A DNA stretch of 63,769 nt, filler included, from Reticulomyxa filosa (Eukaryota > Protista > Foraminifera): NCBI GenBank assembly GCA_000512085.1. It is 19 parts of 19 records of this genome, joined end to end, with 100 filler letters (N's around TTAATTAATTAA, not from the genome) between each part and the next. Parts side by side here need not be neighbours in the genome. Positions count along the whole stretch, not along the records: positions 1 to 8,180 come from ASPP01027800.1; positions 8,281 to 9,706 come from ASPP01003045.1; positions 9,807 to 11,298 come from ASPP01008655.1; positions 11,399 to 12,810 come from ASPP01017385.1; positions 12,911 to 14,091 come from ASPP01042057.1; 14 more parts are not named here. One strand, written 5' to 3'. This document shows positions 1-13,639 of the stretch, one piece after another (within the stretch, counting starts at the first letter, position 1; every line of letters begins with the position of its first letter). Both the position numbers and the translations under genes were made by a program. Under the pieces are notes generated by a model that was not told where the DNA came from, made no database searches, and saw only the letters and a list, made by a program, of their open reading frames with translations.

Positions 1-449
1 CATTGGCATTGGCATTGGCATTGGCATTGACATTGGCATTGACATAGGCATCGACATTGCTGCTGGATACATTGACGGCGGAGCTGGCAACGAAGGCAAA
101 AAAAATGGCGACGGGTTGATGCGCCCCGATTCGTGACTGAACGGGTAAATCGAAAACGAATGGTTCTGCGACATCGAATGCACACTGCTACCCCCTTTTA
201 TCGACATTGCCGCGTTCACACTCGACATATTCAATGCTTTGACATCGTCGAGGTCGGGTACATTGGCCCTGATACATGCATATCCGGAGACTCTAGATTT
301 GAATCTCCGGAATATGAGGCCACCGACGAGTTGCCGGCAAGGCTGCTCGACTCTTTCACTGCTAAGTCATTCGAATTGGGTGGAGAAGGCCCAACTACCA
401 AAAATTGTGGGATACCACCTGTGGGATATGATTGCGTGTTTGCCAACAT
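1..449 (-). CDS. Hypothetical Ser/Pro/Met-rich low-complexity protein, 5' part, with a frame disruption at ~190-240
   Basis: ORF 231-449 (MLANTQSYPTGG...). The same frame resumes as GSSVHSMSQNHSFSIYPF...AAMSMPMSMP and runs off the window. GC is exon-like and the gene is divergent from CAP-H. Confidence 0.35.
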
Positions 450-815
450 TACCGGAAAAAAGCTGTGAATGCCTGACTATGTTCCCCCCCCTCCCTCCGA
501 CTAAAAAACTTTTGTTTTTAAAACAATCCAAAATCATGGACCATTTTAAAACAAATTCCTACGTTTTTGCATATTATTGCGGATTTTTTTAACTTGTTTT
601 TTTTTCTCGCCCTTTGCAAGATGGACTTGTTAATTTGTTAAATTCATTAAAAATCTTCCCCTTAGAATGCTTAAACTGCGTCAATAAGGTAGATTTAACA
701 GAGAAACATTGCAATAAATGGAAAACTTAAAAAAGCTGAAAGACGAAAATCTGTGTAAGACAAAAAAAAATAGCTGCGATATATCCTTTTTGATTAGTGG
801 TGCAGTCTGTCAACC

Positions 816-2412
816 ATGAGACAACGAAGAAGAAGATTAAGTTCGCACAATGTGGAGGCATCAACTGGGCCTATCAGCACGCCGATCAAAGGTGTGTCAG
901 CGTGATATAAAATAAAGGATAAAAAAAGGGAGTGTACAAAGCTAAACGATTATTTGAACAAAAACAACAACAAAAGATGGCTCCGAGCCCCCTGTCCAGC
1001 AATATGCAGATTTGGGCAACAACGACGATGAAGCGGAGCGCATGGAGGTAAGGATGCATATAAAAAAGAGACAAGCGTGAAACAAGCTTAAAAAAGTATG
1101 ACTAATTTTAAAAAAAAAAAAAAAATAGAGAACAGAATCTCCGTTCTCGCATCCGACGAAAAAGTATTGGGCGTTCAACGCCAGTACGAAATGGAGGAGG
1201 AGGAGGTTCACATAGCAACAAGAACAGCCCGTACTTGAACTTGAGCGGACGTCGCGGTGCATTTCAACCTGCAAATTTGACAAATGGGCAATTGGCAGAC
1301 ATGTACTCAAAGTGTGTGCAACTCTCTCAGCACGGCAAGATTAATCAAAAGAACGCATGGAATTTGCAACTGGTCGACTATATCAACAACATTATCCAGC
1401 TGGATGAACAAACCAACTTTACAAAGGCTTCACATACCATCGACGCTGCTTCCAAAATCTATGGCTCGCGAGTCGACTCGGTCCATCAAGACACCTTTAA
1501 GACTTTGGGTACTTTTCAGCAAACCGACGCAGTTGCAAAAAAAAAATACGTTTTTTTGCTTTGTCATAATTTTTAATTTTTTTTTCGGACTTTTTTTGTA
1601 GTGTAAATTGCGGAATGTTTTTTAAAAAATTTATGTTATAACTTTTTTTTTTTGGTTTGATTGTTTATTTAAAAAAAAAAAGGGAGGGGAAAATGGAACA
1701 GCGGATGACGAAGCCAATGCGCGTCGAAAAGAAGAACGCAAGTCGAGGAATCGCAACGTGGGCAAGAATACGATAGCAAGCAGTGACGAAGCGATTAGTG
1801 AAATCTGGAAAAATTTGGTGGTGAAGGTAGACCCGCTGTTTCACAAAACAGCCACAGCTTTTGACGAAGGAGGGGCAAAGGGATTGCTCATGAACCAACT
1901 GTACGTGCAAAATGGATGCGAAGTTGTCTTTGATGGAAGTACACTGTTGGAACAAAACAATGCTCATTCCTCGGCTCTCGTTTCGTTTGCTTTATTTATT
2001 TATTAATTTTTTGTTGTTGTTGTTGTTGTTATTATTAAAAAAAAAGGTGAACACGTGCTTTTACAAAATAATAAGCAAAAAACATAACACACGAAAATGG
2101 ATTAGAAACCAGAAGAAGAAGAAGAAGAAGAAAAAGAAGAAAAAGAAAAAGAAGTGGACGAAGGGAAGTCGGCGATGGAAGAGGAGTGGATAAAAGACCT
2201 GTCGCAACGAGCATTTGGCAAGACGATGGCAGAAGGCGCCGAAGACGACAACAGGGAAGAACTTGACTTGTTGTGGATCGAAGATACAACTCTCTGTCCA
2301 CTGATCGAACACTTTGTCTCTGGCATTGGAGACCTTGCCAAAGGAATGAAGGCAGAAGACTTTCGAAGAATATTGGAAGAACCTGACGGTATGTTTATAT
2401 ATGTATATATAC

Positions 2413-2443
<31 letters not shown>

Positions 2444-4683
2444 AATAGCAAGTTGTGGCGGACGACAGAAAGTGAATGCCAATGCGAACGAAGAGGTGGA
2501 TAGTGATAACGACGTGGTGGTGGAAATGAAACGTGACAACATAACGCACAATGGATTCCCAGCCACGTTTGACAACATCAATATGAATGCCATGCAGCTG
2601 TTCCACGACGACGACCTGGATGGCCCTGGCGACGTGGACATTGCGCTCCAGCCCATGCCAGACGCCCATCTGCTGCAGCCGCATGACGCCAATCTTGCCA
2701 TTGGCGATATTGACGACGCCTTCCACTTGGAACAAAGACTGGCCGGAAAAGACATGCAACCCATTATCACAGGACAACTCAAAAATTCGGGTGCGAGCAT
2801 GCATTGCTTTGTAATTTTTTTTTTTTTTTTTTTTTTTAACGAATTATGTTTTGTTTTGTTTTGTTTTGTTATATGTGGATAGATATGCAATTTTCGGTTG
2901 ATCCGCAGACCGCTTTGGCGATGATGCAGCTGCAACGACCGCAGCTGAGCAAGTCGGTGAACTTGCAAGCGATGAATCAATTCATTGAAACTCTGGAACA
3001 CGCCGATTTGGAAAACGTGACAACGCTGTTCGATTCCAAAAAACACGGCAATTGGACCGGGCCCGACAATTGGTACCATCGAAGATATCAACTCACTTTG
3101 GAGCGACAAAAGCATTTGGCGGAGTTGGAAGTTTGTTTTTTTTTTTTATTTGTGTAATCAAATTAAAATAAGACAATGATAATAATAATAATAAATAATA
3201 AATAATAAATAATAAATAATAAATAGAATGCAAAAACAGAAGATAAAACAGAAGCAAATGGGGACCAGGACGACGAACCTGAAACCGACAAAACGACAAA
3301 GAAAAAGAAAACGTCGAAATCGAGGGGAGGAGAGTCGAAATATTTAGACTTTATGGGCATAGCCTCGAAAAAGTTTGTGGCGGACAAAGACTTTGCCCCT
3401 CCTCAACGCAACTTCAATTGCCTGACGGAACGCGTGTTGCAAATGAATGAGCAAAAGCTATACCAGCTCCCCAAAGACTTGGGCGTCAAGCCCGACGTTT
3501 TCATCAAAATGTTCAACAAGCCCACGTACAGCGTCTGGAAGCACTGGCTCAAGACATACCACGCACATGCCAAACTTGTGGCGGAACAAGCCAAGCATGC
3601 GCCAGAGGTATGAGGGTCAAAGTATCTTTGTTTTGAAATCAAACATATGGTAACAAATAATAATAAATAACAAATAATAATGAATATATATATATATATA
3701 TATTCATTATTATTTGTTACTAATAAAAAAAATCTTTTTATTTGATCTGTGAAAAAGAATGCAGACGCGCAGCAACCCATTGCAATGGACGCCGGTGGGA
3801 ACATTGACATGCAGCAAATTCAAGCGATGCAAGCAGCTTCTAATGCTGGACAAGCAGACGATAACAACCACAACATTGGTGGTATCAACAGCAATGACAA
3901 TGACGACGAACTGGATCCTCACTTTTACGACTACCAAAATCCAAACGACCAAACCAACTTTGTGCCGAACGTGCCATTATTGGACGACAAAGGTCTGCGT
4001 GCTGACGGCCCTGCTGTCCATGACCTGCCGCGAGTCCAAGACTCGGAACAATTTGACATGGTCGAAGCGCCTATGCAAGTCAACAAAATCAGCATTGATT
4101 TTGCTACCAAAGCAAAAAAGGTTGACGTTCGCAATCTAAAATCGCGTCTCTGGGAACAAATTTCTGTCACTGTCAACACCATTGGTATTTTGATTATCTT
4201 TGCATTTGTTTGCTTATATGTATACTATACATATACATATATATATATATATATTTATATATTTTGCCCCTTTTTGCAAAAAGAACCAGAAAGTGAAAAT
4301 ATTAATCCGAATGTACCTAGTGAAGAAACAAACAATAAGACTGAACCTGAAGACCTCTCGGCGCCCAAGACAAACACCTTCATGAACTCAATGATAGGAC
4401 TGGAAAAAACTGTCGACTCCAAAGAACTTCAGAACATATCTGTGTCTTTTTGCTTCATTTGCTTGCTACACTTGGCCAATGAACAAAATTTGGTCTTGAA
4501 AGCAGACGAAACCGAAGTCGGCGGAGACTTTGCAATTTTAGTTACGTTTGTTCATCAAACTAGTCTTTTGTTGGCATCCTTTGGCTTTACTAGTTTTTTT
4601 TTTTTTGGTCATAGAGTGAAACAAAATACGTTGAATCGCCCCAAAAAGTTCAAGAAATGATGATTTTGGGTGAAGAAAGATAA
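816..4683 (+). CDS. NCAPH: Condensin I kleisin subunit (CAP-H/Barren/Cnd2), ~11 exons
   Basis: Spliced model MRQRRRRL...NNDDEAER...CVQLSQHGKINQKNAWNLQLVDY...NFTKASHTIDAASKIYGSRVDSVH...VDPLFHKTATAFDEGGAKGLLMNQL...NWTGPDNW...IDFATKAKKVDVRNLK...SVSFCFICLLHLANEQNL, all hallmark Cnd2 motifs. Introns are phase-compatible GT-AG, and the stop is at 4681-4683. Confidence 0.95.
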
Positions 4684-5477
4684 AGGAATCTCTTTGTATG
4701 TCAACAAAACATGCTTTTTGCACGCAGGGGATATACTTGTGGGACAAAACGTGTGCAAAAAAAAAATTAATAATGTGTCGTTTTCAGTGCATTTTTGATT
4801 AATATGTTTGCTTTTCCAGAAAGATACACTTTGTTTTTCTAATTTATTTAAGACTTTTGTTGATAAAGTGTGAAAATCTGTAATTCATGAATTCCACATA
4901 TTTTCTAGCGGTCCTCATTACAAAATTGATGATAAATCTCTTCTATTCGTTCCAGCTTATTAACTTTGTGATTTTCCAATATGTTTTAAAGTAATGACAC
5001 TTTTCAAATAAATTACAAAAATGTAAACCTGTTTTTTTTTTGTTTATGTGCAATTTTATAATTCGTAAAACATTATTGCAAATCAAATTTATGATCTTTA
5101 ATACATAAAATTTCATGATTGTCTTTTTTTGTAAAAAATTAAATGAAAATGTCAATCTCCTATTTTGCGATAATTACAAGTCGTAGACACGGAAAAATTT
5201 AAGAAAGTGTTTTCCACCAAAAACACAATTAACTCCCTTGACATCGGAAATTTTTTTATAAAACATTGCGCAAAATTGGATCAAGATTCACCAGGTTGTC
5301 TACGATGACAAACCAAAAAAAAAAGGTGAGAATGTCTTAATGTCAAAATATGACACAGTATTCAATTTAGATTTGAAATTATAATTCCCCTTCTCAATTA
5401 ACATCCAAAATTTGAAAAAAAATATTGGGGTAAAACATATGTGAAATTAATTTCAACAACAAATAGCATTGAAAGTG

Positions 5478-6348
5478 CTACTTTTGTTCAGTAAATTCTT
5501 CTCTCAGCATATGATCAACATCGACCAAAACGCGTTCAATTAAACTCTGGAACTCACCTAAGTCTAATTGGTTATCTTCACCAGCCAATTCTTTGAACGA
5601 ACCCAATTCCTCAAATTTGGCCCTTTGATTTTTGGATAAGCGACCTAAGAATCTCTTATACTCAGATTCGTTCATTGTATTATCATTGTCACGGAACTTT
5701 GGTTATTTATTTATTATTATTATTTATTTATAAAACAAAAATAAATATACGAGAATAAATATCAAACGTAACAGCGCACTCATAAAAAGTAGACAACAAA
5801 TGGGCCCTTTCATTTTGCAAGATGCTGTTTCGCATGTCGTGGAAAATGTTATTGGTTTGGTCCAAAATTGATGCAACATCTTCATTGTCTTTGGCAATGC
5901 TTTTCAAATCGTTCAACAAGGGCTCAAATTGCTTTGTTTGCTCTTCTAATAAACTTGCATCTTTTTCCATGTTTGATACTGTTGAGTTCATCTCTTCCAC
6001 TTGCTTTTTCAGCTCATCTTTGCTTTGCTTCAAATCGTCAATGTTCGACTTGTACTCATTGTTTTGCTCTTTCAGCTTATCAATTTGGTCTTGGATTACT
6101 CCATATTGATACACCGACCATGCGCCCAATAGGTTGATACCCGCGTTCACCAACAACAATATCCACACCAACGCATTCGCCGATGTTTTAACTGCAAAAC
6201 CAACTATCCAAATTATCAGTACGCCCAAGCAAGCCGCCGCAAACAGTTTTGGTAATATCCACGCACAAATGCGTAAAAATTTCGTGCTTTGATCATCTTT
6301 TTCTGGTTCTTCGTTGACTGTATCGGGCCTTCTTGTTGTAGGTTGCAT
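5478..6348 (-). CDS. Membrane protein: 2 TM helices, coiled coil and degenerate EF-hand-like C-terminus (2 exons, intron 5697-5772)
   Basis: Two hydrophobic stretches and a heptad-rich region. After a phase-0 GTTACG..AAAG intron it reads FRDNDNTMNESEY...AGEDNQLDLGEF (EF-loop-like). Confidence 0.7.
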
Positions 6349-7049
6349 TTTAGATTCTGGAGTTTTCAGAAAATTTAAACAAAAAAATTTGGGAGAAAAG
6401 ATACTTTAAAAACACTATGTTTTTGCTCAGTCGACACACCAAAAATATTGGCAATTTTTTTTTGCATGGAGTAGAGATTACTTTTTTATTAAAAAATTTT
6501 TTAAATCATTGAGAAAAAATCTGTGCGAGACTTTCAAAGTACACATTTGATACAAAAGACAATAAACAATCACATTTGCACGCAAAAAAAAAAATTTGAG
6601 AGGTATTGTTGATTCGACAATTTTGACTACTTGAACTTGCTCTTGCCATCAGTACCACATGCACTTCAACTTTCCCGTTTGTTCGATGGCGACTTTGATT
6701 TCTTTGAGATCTATATCACATACTTATTGATCATGCATATATTCAAACATCGTCCAAACACATTAAAAAACATCAACTTGAGACAATGTCGCAAGCACAA
6801 CAGATAGTTATTTGGATCCAATAAAGTCAAGTATAAATTAATAAATGTTACGTTCGAAGTTGATCATTTTTTACGACAAGGCCAACACATAGAATCATTG
6901 TTTGTTCAATATTTTTTTATATTGATCAAAGGTTTACACGCTGCTCAAACTGTTTCTATTTGTAGTATGTATAAAACAATTATAAAAAAAATGTAAGTGA
7001 CTATTTTGATTTTTCTTTCAATAAATGACGCGACAATCTATTCAAAATT

Positions 7050-7800
7050 AGAAGATCAATATCTAACATCAATAAAGTGTACGCATTCAGCGCGTAAACA
7101 GCAATACCATGACCTTATCTCGATACACGATATCCAATAAAATATTCATTTATTCACAACTGAACAAATAGCATATATCTTTGTTGGAAAAAATAATGCG
7201 AATATGTTATTGATGATGTGGCACCACGGAATCAATTTTCTATTTTTTCTTAAAGAAGTATAAATAAAAAACCTAAAAAGTTTTTTTTTTGTTTTTTTTA
7301 GTCTTTTTTTAAAAACGTTTGATTGTTACAATTTAGATCAATTTCCAATAATACGTACACACAATATCAATCATTGTCGCTTTCGTTCTTTGCGTAATCC
7401 AATCAAGAGATTCGATCTGCTAACTCAACCAACGTCTACGCTGACACAAATCTTATCCAAGTGTTACGTTATGTACACGATATCTCGTATATTGCCAATC
7501 TGCAGCCGGAAAAATTTTTCATTGACAAAGATGTGAATGCAACTAATTGAATTTGATATAGCACTAAATTTTTTCAACGTTTGAAATGCAAATTTAGCGC
7601 GACGACCAGACTTCATGCATAGCATAGCATAATGATAGAGGTTTTGCAAGTGTGATATATAGAAGCATGGTGACAATAGTGCAAGCAGCGAATTGATCTG
7701 AAACTGTTGATATTGGAGAAGATGTATATATTACCAATCGAATGGGTGAGTTAGACGTATAAACAATAGCGTTATCGTAATGAGCAAAGTTTTTAATCTT
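7050..7800 (+). pseudogene. Probable degenerate protein kinase relic
   Basis: IQVLRYVHDISYIANLQPEKFFID.../LIEFDIA resembles subdomains VIa-VII (HRDLKPEN...LIDFGLA), with stops and frameshifts. Confidence 0.3.
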
Positions 7801-7913
7801 CAGAAAAGCAGTTTTTGGAGATTTTCCAATTATTTCCCCTTTTATACTGCAACGCGAACGGCTGTTTATACGAGTTTTTGCGATCTTAAGTTCAACAATT
7901 GCGACAACGATTC

Positions 7914-8180
7914 TACAGTAGATTGCAAAAAAAACTGGCATAACTAAATGGCACTATATGAAGAGAATCGATTTTCTCCATGAAAAATAAAGATTTAACC
8001 TAATTTTTTTAAAAAAATATATACTAATATTGTAGTTTTTAAAATGAAATTGGTTTTATAATAAGTTTTTCATATGTTGATCAAAAATATGATTTTTTTA
8101 AATGATTTTTAAAAATTTCGAAGGATTTCATATAAATGAACCTGTATTGAAAATAAGAAATTTTTAAATCTTTTTGTTTT
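7914..8180 (+). mobile_element. End of a Tc1/mariner/pogo-like DNA transposon or MITE (TA + CAGTAGATTGCAAAAAAAACTG...)
   Basis: About 145 bp closely matches 19407-19551, and the reverse complement of the terminus is at 19652-19687. It begins TA|CAGT. Confidence 0.75.
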
Positions 8181-8280
8181 NNNNNNNNNNNNNNNNNNNN
8201 NNNNNNNNNNNNNNNNNNNNNNNNTTAATTAATTAANNNNNNNNNNNNNNNNNNNNNNNNNNNNNNNNNNNNNNNNNNNN
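8181..8280. other. Artificial contig-joining spacer N44-TTAATTAATTAA-N44 (first of 18; others start at 9707, 11299, 12811, 14092, 15860, 17770, 19552, 20668, 21919, 25945, 27892, 40034, 41775, 46396, 48399, 49551, 62033)
   Basis: Identical 100-bp structure each time. TTAATTAATTAA is palindromic and places TAA in all six frames. Genes are truncated at the spacers. Confidence 0.99.
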
Positions 8281-8429
8281 TCGATTTCTCCAGAAATGTC
8301 ACGATTTGGATGACAGTATGAAAGAAAAACACAAAGTGTAATACTTGTGTTGTAAAAAAAAAGAATGTAAAAAAATATACAAAACTATTTTGAACACATA
8401 CCCCCCTAACAATCTTTTTACATATTAGC

Positions 8430-8881
8430 ATGAATTGCATTTGTTTGCAAAAAGTAATATCAGGAAATATGACATATTCGTTGGTGCCATCTTCTGTCCA
8501 AAACAGCAACGAACGCACATATAGTTCATTTTCCACGACTGCGACCAAAACGCAACCAATAACGATAAAATCACAATCCAATGAAAAGGATAACTCCGAC
8601 CATGAACCGAATATACTTTCCAATGATACCAATATTGGTAAAGGTATTGTTCGACTGTCCAACTTCACTACCGGAGGTGAATGAATCTTTTCACTTTTTT
8701 TTTTTTAAAACAACAACGAAAAAGGGACTCCAGTACCAAGCGTGGGCGTCATCGACGACATGGCAAGTGCGACGACAGACGCCACGATGGCGACGTCGAA
8801 GAAAGATTCCATTGTGGCCCGATGGTTACTATGAGTGTGACCAAGACAAGGTCAGAGTCAAGTGCGGCCAAGCAATGCTAA
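8430..8881 (+). CDS. C-terminal exons of a hypothetical Ser/Thr-rich protein
   Basis: Two adjacent ORFs with exon-like composition separated by a short GT..AAAAG intron-like segment. No family recognised. Confidence 0.3.
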
Positions 8882-9419
8882 TGAGCCTTTGTCCTTTGAT
8901 TGTGTCACAGGAAAGCAGCTTAATCAGTTAGTCAAGCAAGCAATTTTATTTTTTTTTATCGTATATGTATTTTATTATTTAAGTAATTATAACTAAAAAA
9001 AAAAAAATAGAAAATAAAAGTTTTTGCATTTGATTGATACTCACGTTTCCTCTCATCCATTTGGTCAGGTCTTTCTTTTTCTGCAAGTGGTAATATTAAT
9101 TCAATGGTAGCACTTAGTAACAACTGTAATAACATAATCTATGAATGCAAATAACTCCAAAAATGAAAGTGTAATGAGGAATGGAGGATAGCCAACAAGC
9201 AATAGCAATAATAACAACAATAATGGTGGATAAAAGAATTTGTCGCATACCAGATTCATCGGGCCTATATTCAATCAAGAAACGTTCGAAACTCAATATT
9301 TCCAGTGACATTTGTGAAGAACTTGTCCAACATAGCAGACTGAAGATATGATGCAAGGTTACCGTCATAATCGTTGTGTTATAAGTAGATCTAAAAATAT
9401 GTAAATATAATTAGTACTC

Positions 9420-9706
9420 GGAGTTGTCGTAGCGCAGCACGTGTTGCAAGAATCTGCAGTTGTAGTGATTCATCGACATTTCCTCAGCCTTGTCTGTAAA
9501 CATAGACTGCAAAAACGCCTTGCCCAGTTAGATCAGTTATCAGACACAACTTGACACAAGTACACTGCTGTGTCCTCGCGACAGAGAAGCTTGAGCAGCT
9601 CCTCAATATGACGGATGGGCACGCTGTGATCGTCCAACAGCTTTTCTTGTTTTGGCAAAGCTCCTGCTCCTCCACCAGATCCAACAAACTATATTTCAAC
9701 TGCTTC
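9420..9706 (-). pseudogene. Possible Pumilio/PUF-repeat pseudogene fragment
   Basis: One frame reads LQSMFTDKAEEMSMNHYNCRFLQHVLRY, similar to the PUF repeat LS..xYGCRVIQ..L. Stops and shifts surround it. Confidence 0.25.
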
Positions 9707-9806
9707 NNNNNNNNNNNNNNNNNNNNNNNNNNNNNNNNNNNNNNNNNNNNTTAATTAATTAANNNNNNNNNNNNNNNNNNNNNNNNNNNNNNNNNNNNNN
9801 NNNNNN

Positions 9807-10386
9807 AAAGTCATGGTGTGTATGTGTGTCCCCCTTGACGATGAAGGGTCCTCTCCTTTTTTTTTTTTTTTTGCACTTTTTGTTTTGTATATGCATGCAT
9901 ATACATCCTCTCTCATAATTTATATATGGATGTTTTGTTTTTTTTTTAAATAAAAAAAAAAAAAAAAAAAAAAAAAAGTCCTTTTTTTAAATAAATCAAT
10001 AAATAATAATAATAATAATAAATAATAAAAAGCAACCACTATTTAAACGCATTGCTAGTGCCATTAGCAGCAACCACTTTCAAATCGCTGAAAGGGCTTT
10101 GTTTTTATGGAATAATGATGTCATTGCCACGTTCACTTCGGATCACAGAGATCAAATCCTTCCCATCATCTTTCCGGCGTTACAACACAATTTCACGAAT
10201 CACTGGAATCCTACTGTCACCAATTTGACACTTAACATTATTCGCATTTTCAAAGAAATGGACAAAGATTTGTATGAAGATACCTCCAAAAAATTCAAAA
10301 ACCAAAAACAAACTCCTGATTGCAAAGCTGAACAAAGAGCTGAAAAATGGAACAAAATTCGACAACTTAAAACAACTTCGGGTTAA
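9807..10386 (+). CDS. PP2A regulatory subunit B' (B56 family), 3' end (intron 9816-10032)
   Basis: KVM|QPLFKRIASAISSNHFQIAERALFLWNN...ILPIIFPAL...HWNPTVTNLTLNIIRIFKEMD is the conserved B56 C-terminal signature. Confidence 0.95.
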
Positions 10387-11398
10387 TTGATTTTTTTTTT
10401 AAAAAAAAAAAATAATAAAAATAAAAAATCAATTTGCCAATGCCTTTACTCTCTTTCTGGCTTTTTTTAAAAATTTTTACTCAGGCAAAGGAGGGAGGGA
10501 GGAAAGGGGGACATAAGAAATATGTTTTTTGCTTTTTTTTTTCCCTCCTCCTCCCTCCGGCTCTTCTTCTTCTTTCCCCTTTTTTTACTTCTTTTATTAT
10601 TTTCTTCGTTTTAATCTTATCTATCCAAATTATTTTTCTTTTTTTATAGTATTTTTCAAATTGTGTTAAGGCGTTTTCCAACCAAAAAAAAAAAAGAAAA
10701 AAAATGACAGGAATACTTTTTGTTTTGTGTTTTTATTTTGTGGTGCAATGGAAAGGGAAGGGGAAGAAAGAGGGAGAGGGCATGTGTTCCCTTGTCCTCT
10801 TTGTTTGCAACATGGAAAGTGTTTTGAATAGCCTATGACATTTTGGCTCACAAAATCGAGGATTGATCATGATCCTCGTTATTTGACGAAGCCAAACAAA
10901 GGGTAATTTTTTTCAAAACAAAATAAAAATTCACTTATTGAGGAAGGTTTTACTTGATTGAGTTGAATGCACAATGAAAAAAAAAACATTGGCAACATTT
11001 ATTATTTACGTGTTTCAATCATACTCATATGCAACGTCAAGGAGATTAATGTTTCATTTCAAGAAAATTCTTTTTTTTTTCTTTTTTTTTTGTTGAAAGG
11101 ATAAGTGCAATGCTGTAACATCCTATAAAAATTGTCTTTATTTGCTATTTTATCTTGGACATCGGGCAGATAATCGAAGGTGAAATTTCTTTAGAAAAAA
11201 GTTCTTGGCATAAATTTTCGAAAACGTTTTTGCGACTAGAAAGTCAAAATTTTAATTGATAAAAAAATCCAAATGGACATGTAGGGAAGTCATTACGANN
11301 NNNNNNNNNNNNNNNNNNNNNNNNNNNNNNNNNNNNNNNNNNTTAATTAATTAANNNNNNNNNNNNNNNNNNNNNNNNNNNNNNNNNNNNNNNNNNNN

Positions 11399-12710
11399 CG
11401 TTTCTATGGAACTGGCTTAGTCTTGTCACTGGTTTGTATATACGTATATGTTACGATGCATGAAACTTTTTTTAATTTGCCTCCCCTTTGACTTATTTGA
11501 CTCACAACCTATCACAAAAAAAAAAAAAAAAAAAAAAAGAACCTTTTTTGGAATATTTTTTCTGCATGTCGTTGGTATTTCAATCGCCAAAGGTGGGCAA
11601 TACGACGTACGATCTAATGAGCACATTATTCTTTTACAAAATATTGATTGCGGTGGCTCCAATAACGCTGTGGATTAGCGTCAACGCTTTCCTTGCTTAT
11701 TTGTGGATTAATATTTTCAGTGACGATGTCCGAGAACGCGACCTCTGTCTTACCTTTGTGAAGTTTGTTTTCTTCGTCGTCTCTGGCCTGCTTTGCCTCG
11801 CTGGTGGAACCATGCTCTTGGCCATAATGTTTTGTCATTTTGTATTTTCAAAGCCTTATTATTATTATTTTTTTTTTTTTCATCTCTCTCTCTCTCTCTC
11901 TCTTCCTTTCATACGTTTCAAAAACATTTTTTTAAAAAAATAAAAAGACTCGAAATTGGCAATTGCACTTACCTTACGTACGTTGTTTACGCCACCTCGA
12001 CTCAAGGAATGCCCTTCTGTTAAGTCCAAATGGCTGTGTTGCAGTATACATACTTTGCTTGTTGGTAACATGATTGATGAACAACACAAATAGTGGTGCA
12101 TAGTCAGGGTGATTGCCTAGAAGAACTGTTGTCATTTTTGCAAGAGGGCTTTGACTTTAAAACACGTTTGGTATGTGTAAATACCGAACTGGGATACACG
12201 TTTAAGGAATGGCAAGCAAATTTGTACAAAAGCATCACATTGTACGACATACGGCGTAGTGGGATAATGCAGATTAATGCAAAAAGACCGTTTTTTTTTT
12301 TTTTTTTTTTTTATTATAATGCGTACATTGCATATCAAAAAATGTCCTCTTGGCATGAACACGTATGCAAATCATGTCAGGCGTTTGTGATGTTTATTTG
12401 GAGCCGTGGCGCTACACTAAAGGCAATGACATTGCTATGCTACCTATTCAACAGGGTGGACGTGTTGGAATCCGCTTTCGCATTTGCATTGTCGCTGTAA
12501 TGACCTTTTTGATTGGTCCGATTTATTTATTGTCTCGTTGCATTAACATCGCCTTCCCTGCCATCTTTATCATTTATGTTTCTATTCATGATCTGTGGGC
12601 ACATATTGGAATTCTACAGCTCTCCATGACCGCCATTTATGTTGCCTTATTGGTCGTTTTGAGCCTGCTTTTCATTAAAGTCTTGTTCATACATACTCTC
12701 ATGTGGTCCG
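11399..12710 (+). CDS. Multi-pass membrane protein, internal exons, family unknown
   Basis: Several hydrophobic exons (e.g. ILIAVAPITLWISVNAFLAYLW; IVAVMTFLIGPIYLLSRCINIAFPAIFIIYV) joined by GT-AG introns. Truncated at both spacers. Confidence 0.6.
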
Positions 12711-13639
12711 TTTTGTTTTTTATTTTTTTATTTTTTTTCAATTTATGCTTCACTTTAGATCATTGCTCATTTTTTTTTTTTTTTTGTATAATTTTTCAAA
12801 AAAAAAAAAANNNNNNNNNNNNNNNNNNNNNNNNNNNNNNNNNNNNNNNNNNNNTTAATTAATTAANNNNNNNNNNNNNNNNNNNNNNNNNNNNNNNNNN
12901 NNNNNNNNNNAAAAAGAGATACAATGAAGTTCACAAAAATATACATTTCATTGACCAACAGTTTCATCTTTTCAAAAATAACACAACATTGAAACATTTT
13001 TGACTGCTAGTGTACATAGACTAACAAAATTTCACTATAAAATTCATACTTGTTATTTGTACTGATTATATACTAATGACTAAACTAATCGATATGCATT
13101 TGTTCCTACATCAAATGTATGAATAGTTATTTTATCAACAAAATAATTAATTAAACTTGTTGGATGTTTCCAACCATTTGAAATGTAGGCAAAAACACAT
13201 ACAAACAATGCCAATTCAAAAAAAAAGTCCCAAATAACCCATTTATTTATTTTTTTAAAAAAAACAAATTTTTACAGACTCCCTTTGCTGAAAGTAATTG
13301 TTCATTTGACATTGTTTTAAATTTTTGAATTATCTCTGCTTTATCTTTTTATTTTTTTCCTATTTTTTTTACATATATAATACAATACAATGAAAATAAT
13401 AATAGTAGTAATAATAAAATATATTTGTAACATTAATTTTGTTCATTTTTTTGAAAAATAATATAATTTTCATTTTGTCCTTTCTTGTTTCATTTGCATT
13501 CTATTTCAAAAAGACATAAATTATATTTATTAATTTATTAATGAAAATCAATTTCATTTTCCATTTACAAAGCAATGATATCTTTTTTCACTTTGTTCTG
13601 TGTTGTTCGTCATTCTCTTTTTTTTATTTATTATTTTGT

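Noticed and set aside
976-1047. Frameshift after the ATG at ~977 in CAP-H
   Set aside because: That ATG is out of frame at an acceptor. The upstream exon 816-891 supplies the start in phase.
1545-1556. Non-canonical AT-AG intron (AA|ATACGT; similarly AA|ATATGT near 21866)
   Set aside because: A GTTTTT donor a few bases downstream works, and GTTT donors are common here. A base-call error after poly-A is also possible.
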